Positions 50,602 to 58,641 of a stretch of 58,641 nucleotides of DNA are shown here, piece after piece. Source of the DNA: a virus. Its lineage: Duplodnaviria; Caudoviricetes. A program made the position numbers and the translations under genes. The DNA is taken from the IMG/VR virus record IMGVR_UViG_3300022906_000004, positions 1-58,641 of that record; one strand, 5' to 3'. Position 1 is the stretch's first letter, and every line of letters starts with the position of its first letter. Under the pieces are notes generated by a model. It saw nothing but the letters and a program-made list of their open reading frames with translations, did no database searches and was not told the origin of the DNA.

Positions 50602-53600
50602 GGTTGGTCACCTCCGCTGTCACACGTCGTGGGCGCCGTCCGTCGGGGCCGCTGTCGCCCACGATCCGCAACGTCCACCCGCGCCCGCCCAGTAGCTCGG
50701 CTTCCTGTGACGCGTCGGTCAGTACCTCGTCGTCGGGCGCGAACTGGGAGAGGCGCACCATCGGCGCACCAGCCGGTACCCGGATGTCGAGCACCATGCC
50801 GCCGTCCGCTGAGGGCCGGTGCTCCGCGAACCGCTGGGCGATGCGCTCGTCAGCGGTGGTGGACAGGAAGGCGTCATCGCGCCACTCCAGGCCGGTCAGG
50901 TCGCCGTCGACGCGGTCGCCGAACATGGCTCGGGGGTCTTTGATGCCCCGGTGGGTGACGATGTCGGACGTCAGCTTGGACTTGTCCAGGGCGCTGTCCA
51001 TCTTGGCCACGGTCTCGCGGTTGAAGTCGCTGCCGGAGCCGGTGCGCAGGTAGCGGTTGGTGTGTTCGTAGCCGGGGCCCTTGTACATACGGAGGATGTC
51101 GACTTCGCTGTCGATGCCGGGGTCGCCGTTGACGCGCAGCTCGGGGCTGGCCATGCCCAGGGGGGCGGCTTTGAGGGCGTCGCGCCCGCTGGCGGGGGCG
51201 TCCTTCGTTTCCCGCTTGGCTGGCTTGGCGCGGGTCTTCTTCGCGGGCCCGGCCCCGGTGGTGGAGCCCTTGGCCTTTTTGTCGGCCTGCTCCTGTTCGA
51301 GGCGCTTGCGGGTGGCGGGCCGCATCTTGTGCGGGTAGTTGGGCGTGCCGGGCTTGCCGTGCAGGAAGTCCTCGCGCAGCGCGGTGACGGTGTCGCTGGT
51401 GGGCGGGGTGGCCGTGAGGGACATGGCGGAGGCGCCGCCGTCGGGGAGCGCGTACACCGTGAACCACGAGCACAGGCATCCGGCGTGGTCGCCGGGGTGA
51501 TACCAGGGGGAGCCGATCCACTCGTCGCCCGGCTGGACTGCCAGCACGTCGTCGGACCAGCTGGTGAAGCGCTGCCCGTCGAGGTTCTCGTGCGGGTGGA
51601 ACGTGTTGCGCGGCATGTAGCCGTAGCGCCACTCCATGCCGACGTGGACCGCGCCCCGGTCGCTCAGGGTGCCGCGCACGGTGGAGCCGTTGCCGAGGCC
51701 GGTAACGGGGAGCCCTTCGGCGGTCTGGTCGCCGCCGATCTCGGCGAGGGCGTCGCGCACGAGCCTGGGCGGGATGTCGAAGTCTGGGACCTCGCCGGGC
51801 ACGTCGACGCCGTCGCCGGTGCGGAACATGACCTGCTCCAGGTGGGCGTCAAGGGAGTCCTGCAGGCGCGCCCACGCGGGGTCAATGCGGGCCTCCATTT
51901 CGGCGGCCATCTGGCGGGTGATGACCTGCGCCTCCAGGCTGTCATCGGACAGGCCAAGCATGCGCTGTACGCGCCGGGCGACCTTGCGGGCGGCGTCGCG
52001 CACGAGGGTGGCGAACTTGCCGGACAGGCCCTCCCAGGCGCCCGCAAGCAGGAAGCGCTGCCCCGCGTTGAGCGCCAGACACTGGTCAGGCCCGAGGGCG
52101 GCCGCCCACCGATCCACGGGCAGCGTCTGCAGCTGGGCTCGGACCTCGTTGGCCAGCTTGGGGCTGGTGGCCTTGGAGCGCAGGCGGGACCCGGCGCGGC
52201 GCAGCGCCTCTTTGGCGGCCTGGTCGGCGGCGGCCAGGATCTGGTCGCGTAGCGCGGTGTCGATGTCGCCGAGGTCGCGGGCCGCCGTCGCGTCGAGGGT
52301 GTAGTTCGGCAGGTAGGTGACGCCATGGCGCTGCCCGGTCACGAACCGGTCGACCTGGTCGGGGGTGCCCACGAGCGGGCGGACGTCGGCGGCGGCCAGC
52401 TGTAGGGGTTCGTCCTGCGGCAGTCCGAGCAGGGCGGCGTGCACGCGCGGGGATGACACGCACTGGCCGGTCGCGTCGGCGTACGAACCGCACGCGCAGG
52501 TGTTGGGCCACGGGTGCGCGGAGGCGGCGATCCCGTCGGGCGCGGTGGCGGGGGCGCCGGTGCCGCCGGGTGCGCTGCTGTCGCCGTTGCCCTCTCCGGC
52601 GCGGGTGCCGATCTCGCCCTGTCGTCCGTGCGGTCGGCTGGTCGAGGACGGGAACACGGGTAGGTCGGCGACGCCTTCCTGCTCGGCGTGCCAGGCGAGG
52701 ATCGCGGCGGCCGTGGCCTGGTCTACGCCGTTCTTGGCGGCGATCAGCTGCAGGGCCTCTTCGGCGGTGGGGGCGTCGCCGTCGTTGAAGCCGAGGGCTT
52801 CGCGTCCGGCGGCCGGGCCGATCAGGATGCGGTCGAGGGCGTCGAGGGCATCCTGGCGGCGGTTGGGGTTCTCGGTGATCTGCCCGGCGTCATACCAGAT
52901 GCGGACGCGCGCCAGCAGTTCCGGCGGGTACTGGGTGGCCAGCGCGGTCCGCAGGAACGAGCCGGTGAGGCTGTCGACCATGAGCCGAATCGAGGGCTCC
53001 AGGTGGTGGCGGAACGTACTGTGGTCGATCTGCCAGGCGGTCCAGTGGTTGGCGTCGGCCATGCCGGTGAGGATCTCCGGCGGGATGTCGAGGCCGTTGG
53101 CCATGCGCCCGAGGGACTTCGCCAGCTTTTCGAGCAGCAGGGGGGACTCTTCGCGTTCGAAGCGCTCGAAGCGGACGGCTTTGATGTCGTCGGCGGTGCC
53201 GGTGATGACCATGGGGACGACGCCGCCAGCGTCGCCCTCGTTGGCGATGGGTGCGAGCAGCGCGGCCTCGAAGTCGGCCATCCACTGCTTGCGGCGCCCT
53301 TCGGGGGTGTCGTCCTCTTCCCTCATGTTGCGACTGGTGGCCATGCTGTCGGGGACGAACAGGGCGCCGTTCTGCATGATGCGGGAGCGGGACACGGCCC
53401 GGAGTTCGCGGCCGACCAGGCAGATGTCTTCGAGGACGTCGCCGAGGGCGTTCAGGGCGGAGTCGCCGAGGTGCGGGTAGGCCGGGTGGGGCACCCACAG
53501 GCGGTGGATCTCTTCCTTGTCGAGGTTGAGCTTGCGGGGCTGGCCCAGCTCGTTCTTGATCGTGATGCTGTTGCCTTGGATGTCGACGGCCTCGACTGAC

Positions 53601-54190
53601 CGGATCTTCCACTCCTCCTGTCCGGTGAGCGGGTTGGTGAAGCCGTGCAGCCAGCAGTCGCCCGCGACGTCGTAGTTCTCCGACCAGACGCCGAGGAACT
53701 CGTAGCCCGCCCCGAGGGGGAGGCGCGCCAGTTCGGCTTCGGCGGCGGCGCAGAAGTCCTCGGGCAGGGTGACGCGCTTGGCCTTCTCTGGGTCGTCGTC
53801 GTTGCGCAGCGACACGGGGATCGGCTCGTCGTCGTCGTCGATGATCTCGGCGACGTAGAAGCGGACGCGGGAGATGGCTCGTGCCCGGAACTGGAGGGCG
53901 TACCGGAGTTCGGCGATCATGTCGCGGTAGCGCCACGCGAGTGCCTGCCATGGCTGGCGGTTGCCTGCCGCGATGCGCAGCTGCTGTGCGGACATCTTGC
54001 CGATTTTGACGCCGGATGCGCGCAGTACCGAGGGGGCGCTGCGTGCGTACTCGACGCGTTCGAAGGACTGGCGCAGGCGTGCGATGGCGCCGGGGTCCAC
54101 GCTGTCCTCACGGCCTTGCGCGGCACGGTGGACGGCGGCGCGCTGGGCGTCGTCGAGGGTTTCGGCGAGGGCGCCCCACCTGCTGCTCAT
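50591..54190 (-). CDS. Portal + MuF-like + ADP-ribosyltransferase fusion
   Basis: Portal motifs (WQALAW, IHRLWVPHP, GLDIPPEILTG.ANHWTAWQI); MuF-like W..H..LDG..HPGDHAGCLC; C-terminal THRG, FLSTT, EAELL. Confidence 0.85.
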   Translation of the reverse strand: MSSRWGALAETLDDAQRAAVHRAAQGREDSVDPGAIARLRQSFERVEYARSAPSVLRASGVKIGKMSAQQLRIAAGNRQPWQALAWRYRDMIAELRYALQFRARAISRVRFYVAEIIDDDDEPIPVSLRNDDDPEKAKRVTLPEDFCAAAEAELARLPLGAGYEFLGVWSENYDVAGDCWLHGFTNPLTGQEEWKIRSVEAVDIQGNSITIKNELGQPRKLNLDKEEIHRLWVPHPAYPHLGDSALNALGDVLEDICLVGRELRAVSRSRIMQNGALFVPDSMATSRNMREEDDTPEGRRKQWMADFEAALLAPIANEGDAGGVVPMVITGTADDIKAVRFERFEREESPLLLEKLAKSLGRMANGLDIPPEILTGMADANHWTAWQIDHSTFRHHLEPSIRLMVDSLTGSFLRTALATQYPPELLARVRIWYDAGQITENPNRRQDALDALDRILIGPAAGREALGFNDGDAPTAEEALQLIAAKNGVDQATAAAILAWHAEQEGVADLPVFPSSTSRPHGRQGEIGTRAGEGNGDSSAPGGTGAPATAPDGIAASAHPWPNTCACGSYADATGQCVSSPRVHAALLGLPQDEPLQLAAADVRPLVGTPDQVDRFVTGQRHGVTYLPNYTLDATAARDLGDIDTALRDQILAAADQAAKEALRRAGSRLRSKATSPKLANEVRAQLQTLPVDRWAAALGPDQCLALNAGQRFLLAGAWEGLSGKFATLVRDAARKVARRVQRMLGLSDDSLEAQVITRQMAAEMEARIDPAWARLQDSLDAHLEQVMFRTGDGVDVPGEVPDFDIPPRLVRDALAEIGGDQTAEGLPVTGLGNGSTVRGTLSDRGAVHVGMEWRYGYMPRNTFHPHENLDGQRFTSWSDDVLAVQPGDEWIGSPWYHPGDHAGCLCSWFTVYALPDGGASAMSLTATPPTSDTVTALREDFLHGKPGTPNYPHKMRPATRKRLEQEQADKKAKGSTTGAGPAKKTRAKPAKRETKDAPASGRDALKAAPLGMASPELRVNGDPGIDSEVDILRMYKGPGYEHTNRYLRTGSGSDFNRETVAKMDSALDKSKLTSDIVTHRGIKDPRAMFGDRVDGDLTGLEWRDDAFLSTTADERIAQRFAEHRPSADGGMVLDIRVPAGAPMVRLSQFAPDDEVLTDASQEAELLGGRGWTLRIVGDSGPDGRRPRRVTAEVTNHAR

Positions 54191-54203
54191 TCAGTCCTCC
54201 GGG

Positions 54204-54620
54204 TCAGTCGCGGGTGCCGAGGAGTCCGACCACGGCGGAGATGGCCAGCGGCGTGGCGGCCCACATCCACCAGGTGCCGGTGCTGGCGAGGAGCGCGCAG
54301 GCGACGGACACGTAGAGGCCGGTGCACCAGTAGCAGGTGGCGAGGTAGGCCAGGGGTGCCATGCCTTCGTATGCGTCGAACTCGCGCTGCTCGCCAGCGG
54401 TCACTCCTCGTGGAAACTCGAAGCCGGAGGCCTCGCGCACTGTCTCGTTCTGGCGGGCCACGGCGAGCCCGGCGGGCCACCGCTCGTTGGCCCAGGCGAC
54501 GAACCGCGCTCGCGCCACGCCGAGGGGGAACGCGTCGGCGACGATGGACCGGGTGATCCGGAACGCGGCCAGCATGGTGACGATCAGGCCGGATGCGGTT
54601 TCAATCCATCCCAGGTCCAT
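54204..54620 (-). CDS. DUF1360-like membrane protein
   Basis: AAFRITRSIVAD, LATCYWCTGLYVS; precedes portal. Confidence 0.7.
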   Translation of the reverse strand: MDLGWIETASGLIVTMLAAFRITRSIVADAFPLGVARARFVAWANERWPAGLAVARQNETVREASGFEFPRGVTAGEQREFDAYEGMAPLAYLATCYWCTGLYVSVACALLASTGTWWMWAATPLAISAVVGLLGTRD

Positions 54621-54622
54621 GG

Positions 54623-55465
54623 TCACCTCCCTGCCGTGGTGTCGGCCAGCTTGACGGCGTCCGCCCACGAGATGCGGTTACGGGTCCAGGCCGGTGTCCA
54701 GTTCTTCAGCTTGCGCGCGGAGCACCCGCACCCGCCGTAGGGCTGGACGTTGACCTGGCCAGCGCTCGTGAAGATCGGGATACCGGCGTTCATGGCAGCG
54801 TATCCAGTGACCGGTTCCTTGGTCTTCGCGAAGTCCACCCCCGCATACCAGGCGGGGGTGGCGCCGGTGGTGAACGTCTCCGGCTCGGCGGGGGCGGTGC
54901 GGTACACGTAGAGGCCCTGGGGCGTGAGGAACACCTTGCACGTGTTCCATGGGGTGGCGCCGGGTTCGGGCCGGAAGTAGGCGGGGAACCACTGGGCGAT
55001 GACGGCGGTAGGGATGGGGATGCGGGTCAGCTCTCGCACCGTGGCGACGGTGGCGGGGTCGCTGGTCTCGAACTCCATGTTACCGGCGGGTACGGGTGCG
55101 ACCTGCGGATTCTCGGCACCCTCCTGCCGCGCCACCGCCTCGGCGCCCGGGTCGGCCGCCTGCTCGAACGCCCGGTCGAACTCCAGTTCGATCCCCGAGT
55201 CGTCCGGCTTGAACTCCAGGTGAGCGACGCCCGGCTGGCGTACCGGCTCCCCCACGGGAGCGCCCTCCTGGTCAATGCGCTGCAGGCTGAGACCCTGCGC
55301 CTGGGCTGCGGCGGCGGTCTTCCCGCCCTGACGTCCGGCAAGCCGGATGCTCTCGGCGAGCGGGCCCGTGCCAGCGGCGAAGCGGCTGGGCTCGTCGCCA
55401 CCCTTCGCGGCCGTGGCCTTCTTCGCCGCTGGCGTCCGGCTTGCCGGTGTCTTCCTGGGTGGCAT
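54623..55465 (-). CDS. Hypothetical protein
   Basis: ATG after AGGAGG; C-terminal GGCGCS..LKNW. Confidence 0.7.
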   Translation of the reverse strand: MPPRKTPASRTPAAKKATAAKGGDEPSRFAAGTGPLAESIRLAGRQGGKTAAAAQAQGLSLQRIDQEGAPVGEPVRQPGVAHLEFKPDDSGIELEFDRAFEQAADPGAEAVARQEGAENPQVAPVPAGNMEFETSDPATVATVRELTRIPIPTAVIAQWFPAYFRPEPGATPWNTCKVFLTPQGLYVYRTAPAEPETFTTGATPAWYAGVDFAKTKEPVTGYAAMNAGIPIFTSAGQVNVQPYGGCGCSARKLKNWTPAWTRNRISWADAVKLADTTAGR

Positions 55466-55512
55466 GGCTTCCTCCTGGTCGGGCCGGGTGCGTCTGGGGA
55501 TCATCCTACGGC

Positions 55513-55549
55513 CTGAACCCCCGCGCCGGTGTGGGGCACGGGGGTTCAG
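55513..55549. terminator. Stem-loop, putative terminator
   Basis: CTGAACCCCCG..CGGGGGTTCAG. Confidence 0.6.
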
Positions 55550-55559
55550 TGCGTGGGGT

Positions 55560-55709
55560 TCACGCAGGCCGGTTGACCTGCTCGGGGTGGGGTTGCGCGC
55601 CTGGCCCGCGTCGTCCGGGCCGCCACCATGCGGGGCACCTGCGCGTGAGCACGAGGTGGTTTCCGGTGCGGGGGTGTTGGCCGGTGTGGCAGTGCGGGCA
55701 GGCGTTCAT
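55560..55709 (-). CDS. Small Cys-containing protein (49 aa)
   Basis: ATG after AGGAGG; CPHC. Confidence 0.45.
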   Translation of the reverse strand: MNACPHCHTGQHPRTGNHLVLTRRCPAWWRPGRRGPGAQPHPEQVNRPA

Positions 55710-55722
55710 GGGCCCTCCTGGG

Positions 55723-56646
55723 TCAGCTGGTCATCTGGAGGATTCGGGGGGTGGCTGGTGGGAGGCTGGTTCGGTGCTGGCGGGCGGTTCCTGCCAGGAC
55801 GTTGTTCATCCACTGCTGGATGTCGGGTTGGCCGATGTCGAGTGCGACTCCGCGTCCGGGGGCGCCGTCGAGGCCTTCGGTGCAGCTGTCGTAGTTCTGG
55901 TCGCCGTCGCCGATGACGGAGAGCCGCAGGATGGGGCTGCCGTCGAAGTCGGGGGATTTGAGTGGGGCGCCGCTGTCGCCGAGGCAGCCCATGGTCTTGC
56001 TGTTGGTGATGTGGCTGAAGCACACCTGGCTGGCGACGATGGCGTAACAGCTGGGGTCGTTGACGGTCTTGGCGACCATGGTCTGCAGTGGGCCTTGGTA
56101 CCAGCTGCTGCAGGTCTGTCCGGGCGGGCCGTCGCACACCCAGCCGTAGCCGTAGGCCTGGGTGACGGCTCCGAGGGGCAGGGATGGCTTCTCCCACTTC
56201 ATGACCTGCACTGGGTCGCCGTCTGGGGCGGTCAGCGGGGTCTCGTTCTCCAGGAGCATCAGCATGCCGTCGTAGGCGAGGGTGTTCGGGTCGAACGCGG
56301 GGTTGTACCAGAACTGTCCTGGCACCACCTTGATCTCCGCGTACTCGCCGTTGCCGGTGGTGTTGTCGGTGCCGCCGATGCGGGCGGTGGTGTCACCGGC
56401 GCCGGGGGCGGTGAAGGAGTAGACGCAGTGGGCGGCGGTGAAGACCCAGCGGGTTTTGTTGGGGTGGCCCTGCTTGTCGTCGATCAGGGTGCCGGTGCAC
56501 CGGTTGCGGTTGGGGTTGTCGGTCCACAGGGACACGGCGCCCGGGTTGGTGGCGGCGTCGCTGCCGTTGACGATGGCGGGCGCCGTGGTGGGTGCTGCCA
56601 GCAGGCCGGTCAGCACGATCACCAACCCCAGGATGATCTTTCTCAA
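55723..56646 (-). CDS. Secreted trypsin-like (S1) serine protease
   Basis: Signal peptide, mature IVNG start, CTGTLI, TAAHC, YDGML, GDSGAPL catalytic triad. Confidence 0.9.
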   Translation of the reverse strand: MRKIILGLVIVLTGLLAAPTTAPAIVNGSDAATNPGAVSLWTDNPNRNRCTGTLIDDKQGHPNKTRWVFTAAHCVYSFTAPGAGDTTARIGGTDNTTGNGEYAEIKVVPGQFWYNPAFDPNTLAYDGMLMLLENETPLTAPDGDPVQVMKWEKPSLPLGAVTQAYGYGWVCDGPPGQTCSSWYQGPLQTMVAKTVNDPSCYAIVASQVCFSHITNSKTMGCLGDSGAPLKSPDFDGSPILRLSVIGDGDQNYDSCTEGLDGAPGRGVALDIGQPDIQQWMNNVLAGTARQHRTSLPPATPRILQMTS

Positions 56647-56691
56647 GGTGATTGCTCCATTTCCTCGCGCCCCCGGGTGGGGACGTCGTCT

Positions 56692-57600
56692 TCAGGTGGT
56701 CGCCACACCGAGGCTGTCGGGGTCGCCGCCGGGCTTCTGCCCGGCGGCCAGGACCAGCCAGGCGGCATCGGGGATGTCGTGCCGGGAGCCTGCCACGTAC
56801 CGACGGTAGCGGGCCTGCCCCATGGCTTCGAACGTGCCGGAGTCGATCTCGACCCAGGCGCGGTTCCTGGCGTCCCAGGACCACAGGGTGGCGCGGTCAC
56901 CGGGCGCGGGGAGCGCGGACGGGCTCGGGTCCTGCACAGCGGGGATGACCTCGGTGGCGTCGGGCACCGGGCCGGTAAGGTCGTCCTGCGATCGGACGCG
57001 CTGGCCGGTTCCGGGCGTCGGCATCTGCTGCGCGGGGCTGAAGGCCGACCAGTGCTGCACGCCGGGGGTGCCGGGCAGGAACTCGCGGGGGATGTCGAAC
57101 GCCTCGGCGAGCTTGCCGGTGGGCGGGGTGTCGCTGTCCGGGGGGAGGAGTCCGGCCGCCTCCATGGCGACGTACAGCTCGCCGGTGGCGTGCATGGCGT
57201 CACCGAGGGCGTTGCGGGTGGCGTTGATGGCGTTCGCCAGCTTCTGGGCGGCCTCGACGAACCGTGCCATGCGGGTGCCGTAGGACAGCTCGACGAAGTG
57301 GCCGCTGCAGGCGCAGTTCGCGTACTCGGTGCACACCTGCTGGCCGTCCACCTCCTTGTGGCGCCAGCGGCGGTGACCGCAGGTGGCGCACTCGTCCTGC
57401 GCGCCGGGGTCGCTGGGTCCGGTCGTGTCGGTCACGGTCGTGTCGGTCACGGTCGCCTCCTCGGGCGGTCGGGGGTGGCCGTACTGCCAGCAGCGGCCAG
57501 TGGCGGTGTCGATGGCACTGCCGCACGGCCCTCGCCTGTTGGCCCACGAGGGGAAGATGCTCGTCTGGCACCACTCTGGCGTCGGGTTACGCGAGGGCAT
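56692..57600 (-). CDS. Hypothetical Cys-containing protein (alternative start 57450)
   Basis: RBS at both candidate starts; CATCGH..C...CAC motif. Confidence 0.65.
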   Translation of the reverse strand: MPSRNPTPEWCQTSIFPSWANRRGPCGSAIDTATGRCWQYGHPRPPEEATVTDTTVTDTTGPSDPGAQDECATCGHRRWRHKEVDGQQVCTEYANCACSGHFVELSYGTRMARFVEAAQKLANAINATRNALGDAMHATGELYVAMEAAGLLPPDSDTPPTGKLAEAFDIPREFLPGTPGVQHWSAFSPAQQMPTPGTGQRVRSQDDLTGPVPDATEVIPAVQDPSPSALPAPGDRATLWSWDARNRAWVEIDSGTFEAMGQARYRRYVAGSRHDIPDAAWLVLAAGQKPGGDPDSLGVATT

Positions 57601-57607
57601 CGCGTCC

Positions 57608-57847
57608 TCACTCCTGACCGCTGGGCTGGGCGTGCTGGGCGAGGTACTCGCCGACCGCTTGTCGCATGTCGCGGTAGGTGGTGTCGGCGGCCAGGCGGTC
57701 GATGTGCTCGGCGCCGTCCTCGCGGGGGTCGGCCGTCCACGCGGAGGCGCCCCAGCACATCTCGCGGCTCGGCGGGTCGTCCTCTTTGCCCCAGGCCACG
57801 ACCGTGCCGTCACCGGCTACCAGGTACTCGAACACGCAGCCGCTCAT
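57608..57847 (-). CDS. Hypothetical protein
   Basis: ATG after GGAGG. Confidence 0.65.
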   Translation of the reverse strand: MSGCVFEYLVAGDGTVVAWGKEDDPPSREMCWGASAWTADPREDGAEHIDRLAADTTYRDMRQAVGEYLAQHAQPSGQE

Positions 57848-57849
57848 GG

Positions 57850-58170
57850 TCAGCAGTCCTCCGGGTAGGTCGCGCAGTAGTCGGTGAGGTCCGGGTAGCT
57901 GTCGGGCAGCTCGTTGACGGTCGCGACCATGGCGACGATCAGGATCACCCAGAAGATCACGCCCAGGTAGCCGAGGACGAGCCCGGCGATGGCCATGCCG
58001 CGCCCGTCCTTGCGGTTGCGCTTGACGTCACCCAGGGCGACGTGGCCGAAGATCACGGCCAGCAGGCTGAAGCCGACGATGCCCAGGACCATGGCGGCGA
58101 TGGCCATGCCGCTGGTCTGGCGGACGATGATCGGGCGTGCCTCGACGCCCTGGTGGTGCTGGTTGGTCAC
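57850..58170 (-). CDS. DUF4190-like membrane protein
   Basis: TSGMAIAAMVLGI..AVIFGHVAL..GRGMAIAGLVLGY signature. Confidence 0.8.
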   Translation of the reverse strand: MTNQHHQGVEARPIIVRQTSGMAIAAMVLGIVGFSLLAVIFGHVALGDVKRNRKDGRGMAIAGLVLGYLGVIFWVILIVAMVATVNELPDSYPDLTDYCATYPEDC

Positions 58171-58217
58171 GGGGTAACTCCTGGTTTCGGTCGGGTTGTC
58201 GGGTGGGGTTGCGGAGG

Positions 58218-58493
58218 CTAGCGACGTGGACCGTAGCGGTACGTGACCACGCCGGAGGCGATGACGCACAGGGCCAGCCAGCCGAACATGCCGCTGAGCA
58301 GCTGCAGCCAGTTGCCCGTTAGCAGTGTCAACAGGGCGGACGGCAGGAGCACGAGGCCGGTGATGAGCGAGACGGCCAGGGCCATGACGCGTCGGCCGCG
58401 CTCCGCGTTCGCCTTGGCGTCGGCGGCGGCCCGGTCGTGGCCGTTGGTGTTGCCGGAGGCGGTCGCGGCGTTGCCGGGGTCGGGGATGGGCAT
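58218..58493 (-). CDS. Two-TM membrane protein
   Basis: ATG after AGGAG; two hydrophobic helices. Confidence 0.65.
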   Translation of the reverse strand: MPIPDPGNAATASGNTNGHDRAAADAKANAERGRRVMALAVSLITGLVLLPSALLTLLTGNWLQLLSGMFGWLALCVIASGVVTYRYGPRR

Positions 58494-58515
58494 GAGGGGG
58501 ATTCTCCTGGCGGTC

Positions 58516-58641
58516 GGGTTGCGGTCGGGGCTGGTCACTTCGAGAACAGGGGGAGCGGGGCGGGGCAGGCGCGCATGACCGGGAAAGCCGAGGTGGCCGA
58601 CTGGGGCCGCCTGGGCTCCCGGGTACCGGCCGGGCCGGGCC
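58516..58641. repeat. Terminal direct repeat, right copy
   Basis: Identical to 12-137. Confidence 0.9.

Overview
The window is an apparently complete, circularly assembled genome (about 58.5 kb; bases 12-137 repeat exactly at 58516-58641) of a high-GC, long-tailed (siphovirus-like) actinobacteriophage. Its head module resembles that of cluster-B-like actinophages: portal-MuF fusion, maturation-protease-like protein, separate hexamer and pentamer capsid proteins. It also carries a tail module, terminase, amidase endolysin, a Rep + DnaC-like replicon, ERF, SSB, two HNH proteins and VRR-NUC. I saw no integrase, repressor, ParA or DNA polymerase. Three things stand out. (1) The head operon contains a putative counter-defence block: a portal-MuF fused to an R-STT-ExE ADP-ribosyltransferase, a tiny acidic ORF, a clear Acb2-like cyclic-nucleotide sponge, and a maturation-protease-like protein with an inserted 2H (Acb1-like fold) phosphoesterase, all translationally coupled or overlapping. 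(2) A 1.27-kb protein-free RNA operon with its own promoter holds two tRNA-Glu genes, a circularly permuted (YrlA-topology) tRNA mimic, a tRNA-like RNA with expanded arms, a shrunken AAC-anticodon tRNA and several pseudoknots. (3) A genome-wide family of about 13 promoter+operator+leader elements (TTGACA-CCCAC..TGGG-TAnnnT..GGAACAAC..GAAGGACC..ATG) heads small single-gene cassettes, and three copies fold into long hairpins. All protein calls come from motif recognition by eye, not from database searches. Start codons were adjusted by RBS and overlap logic.
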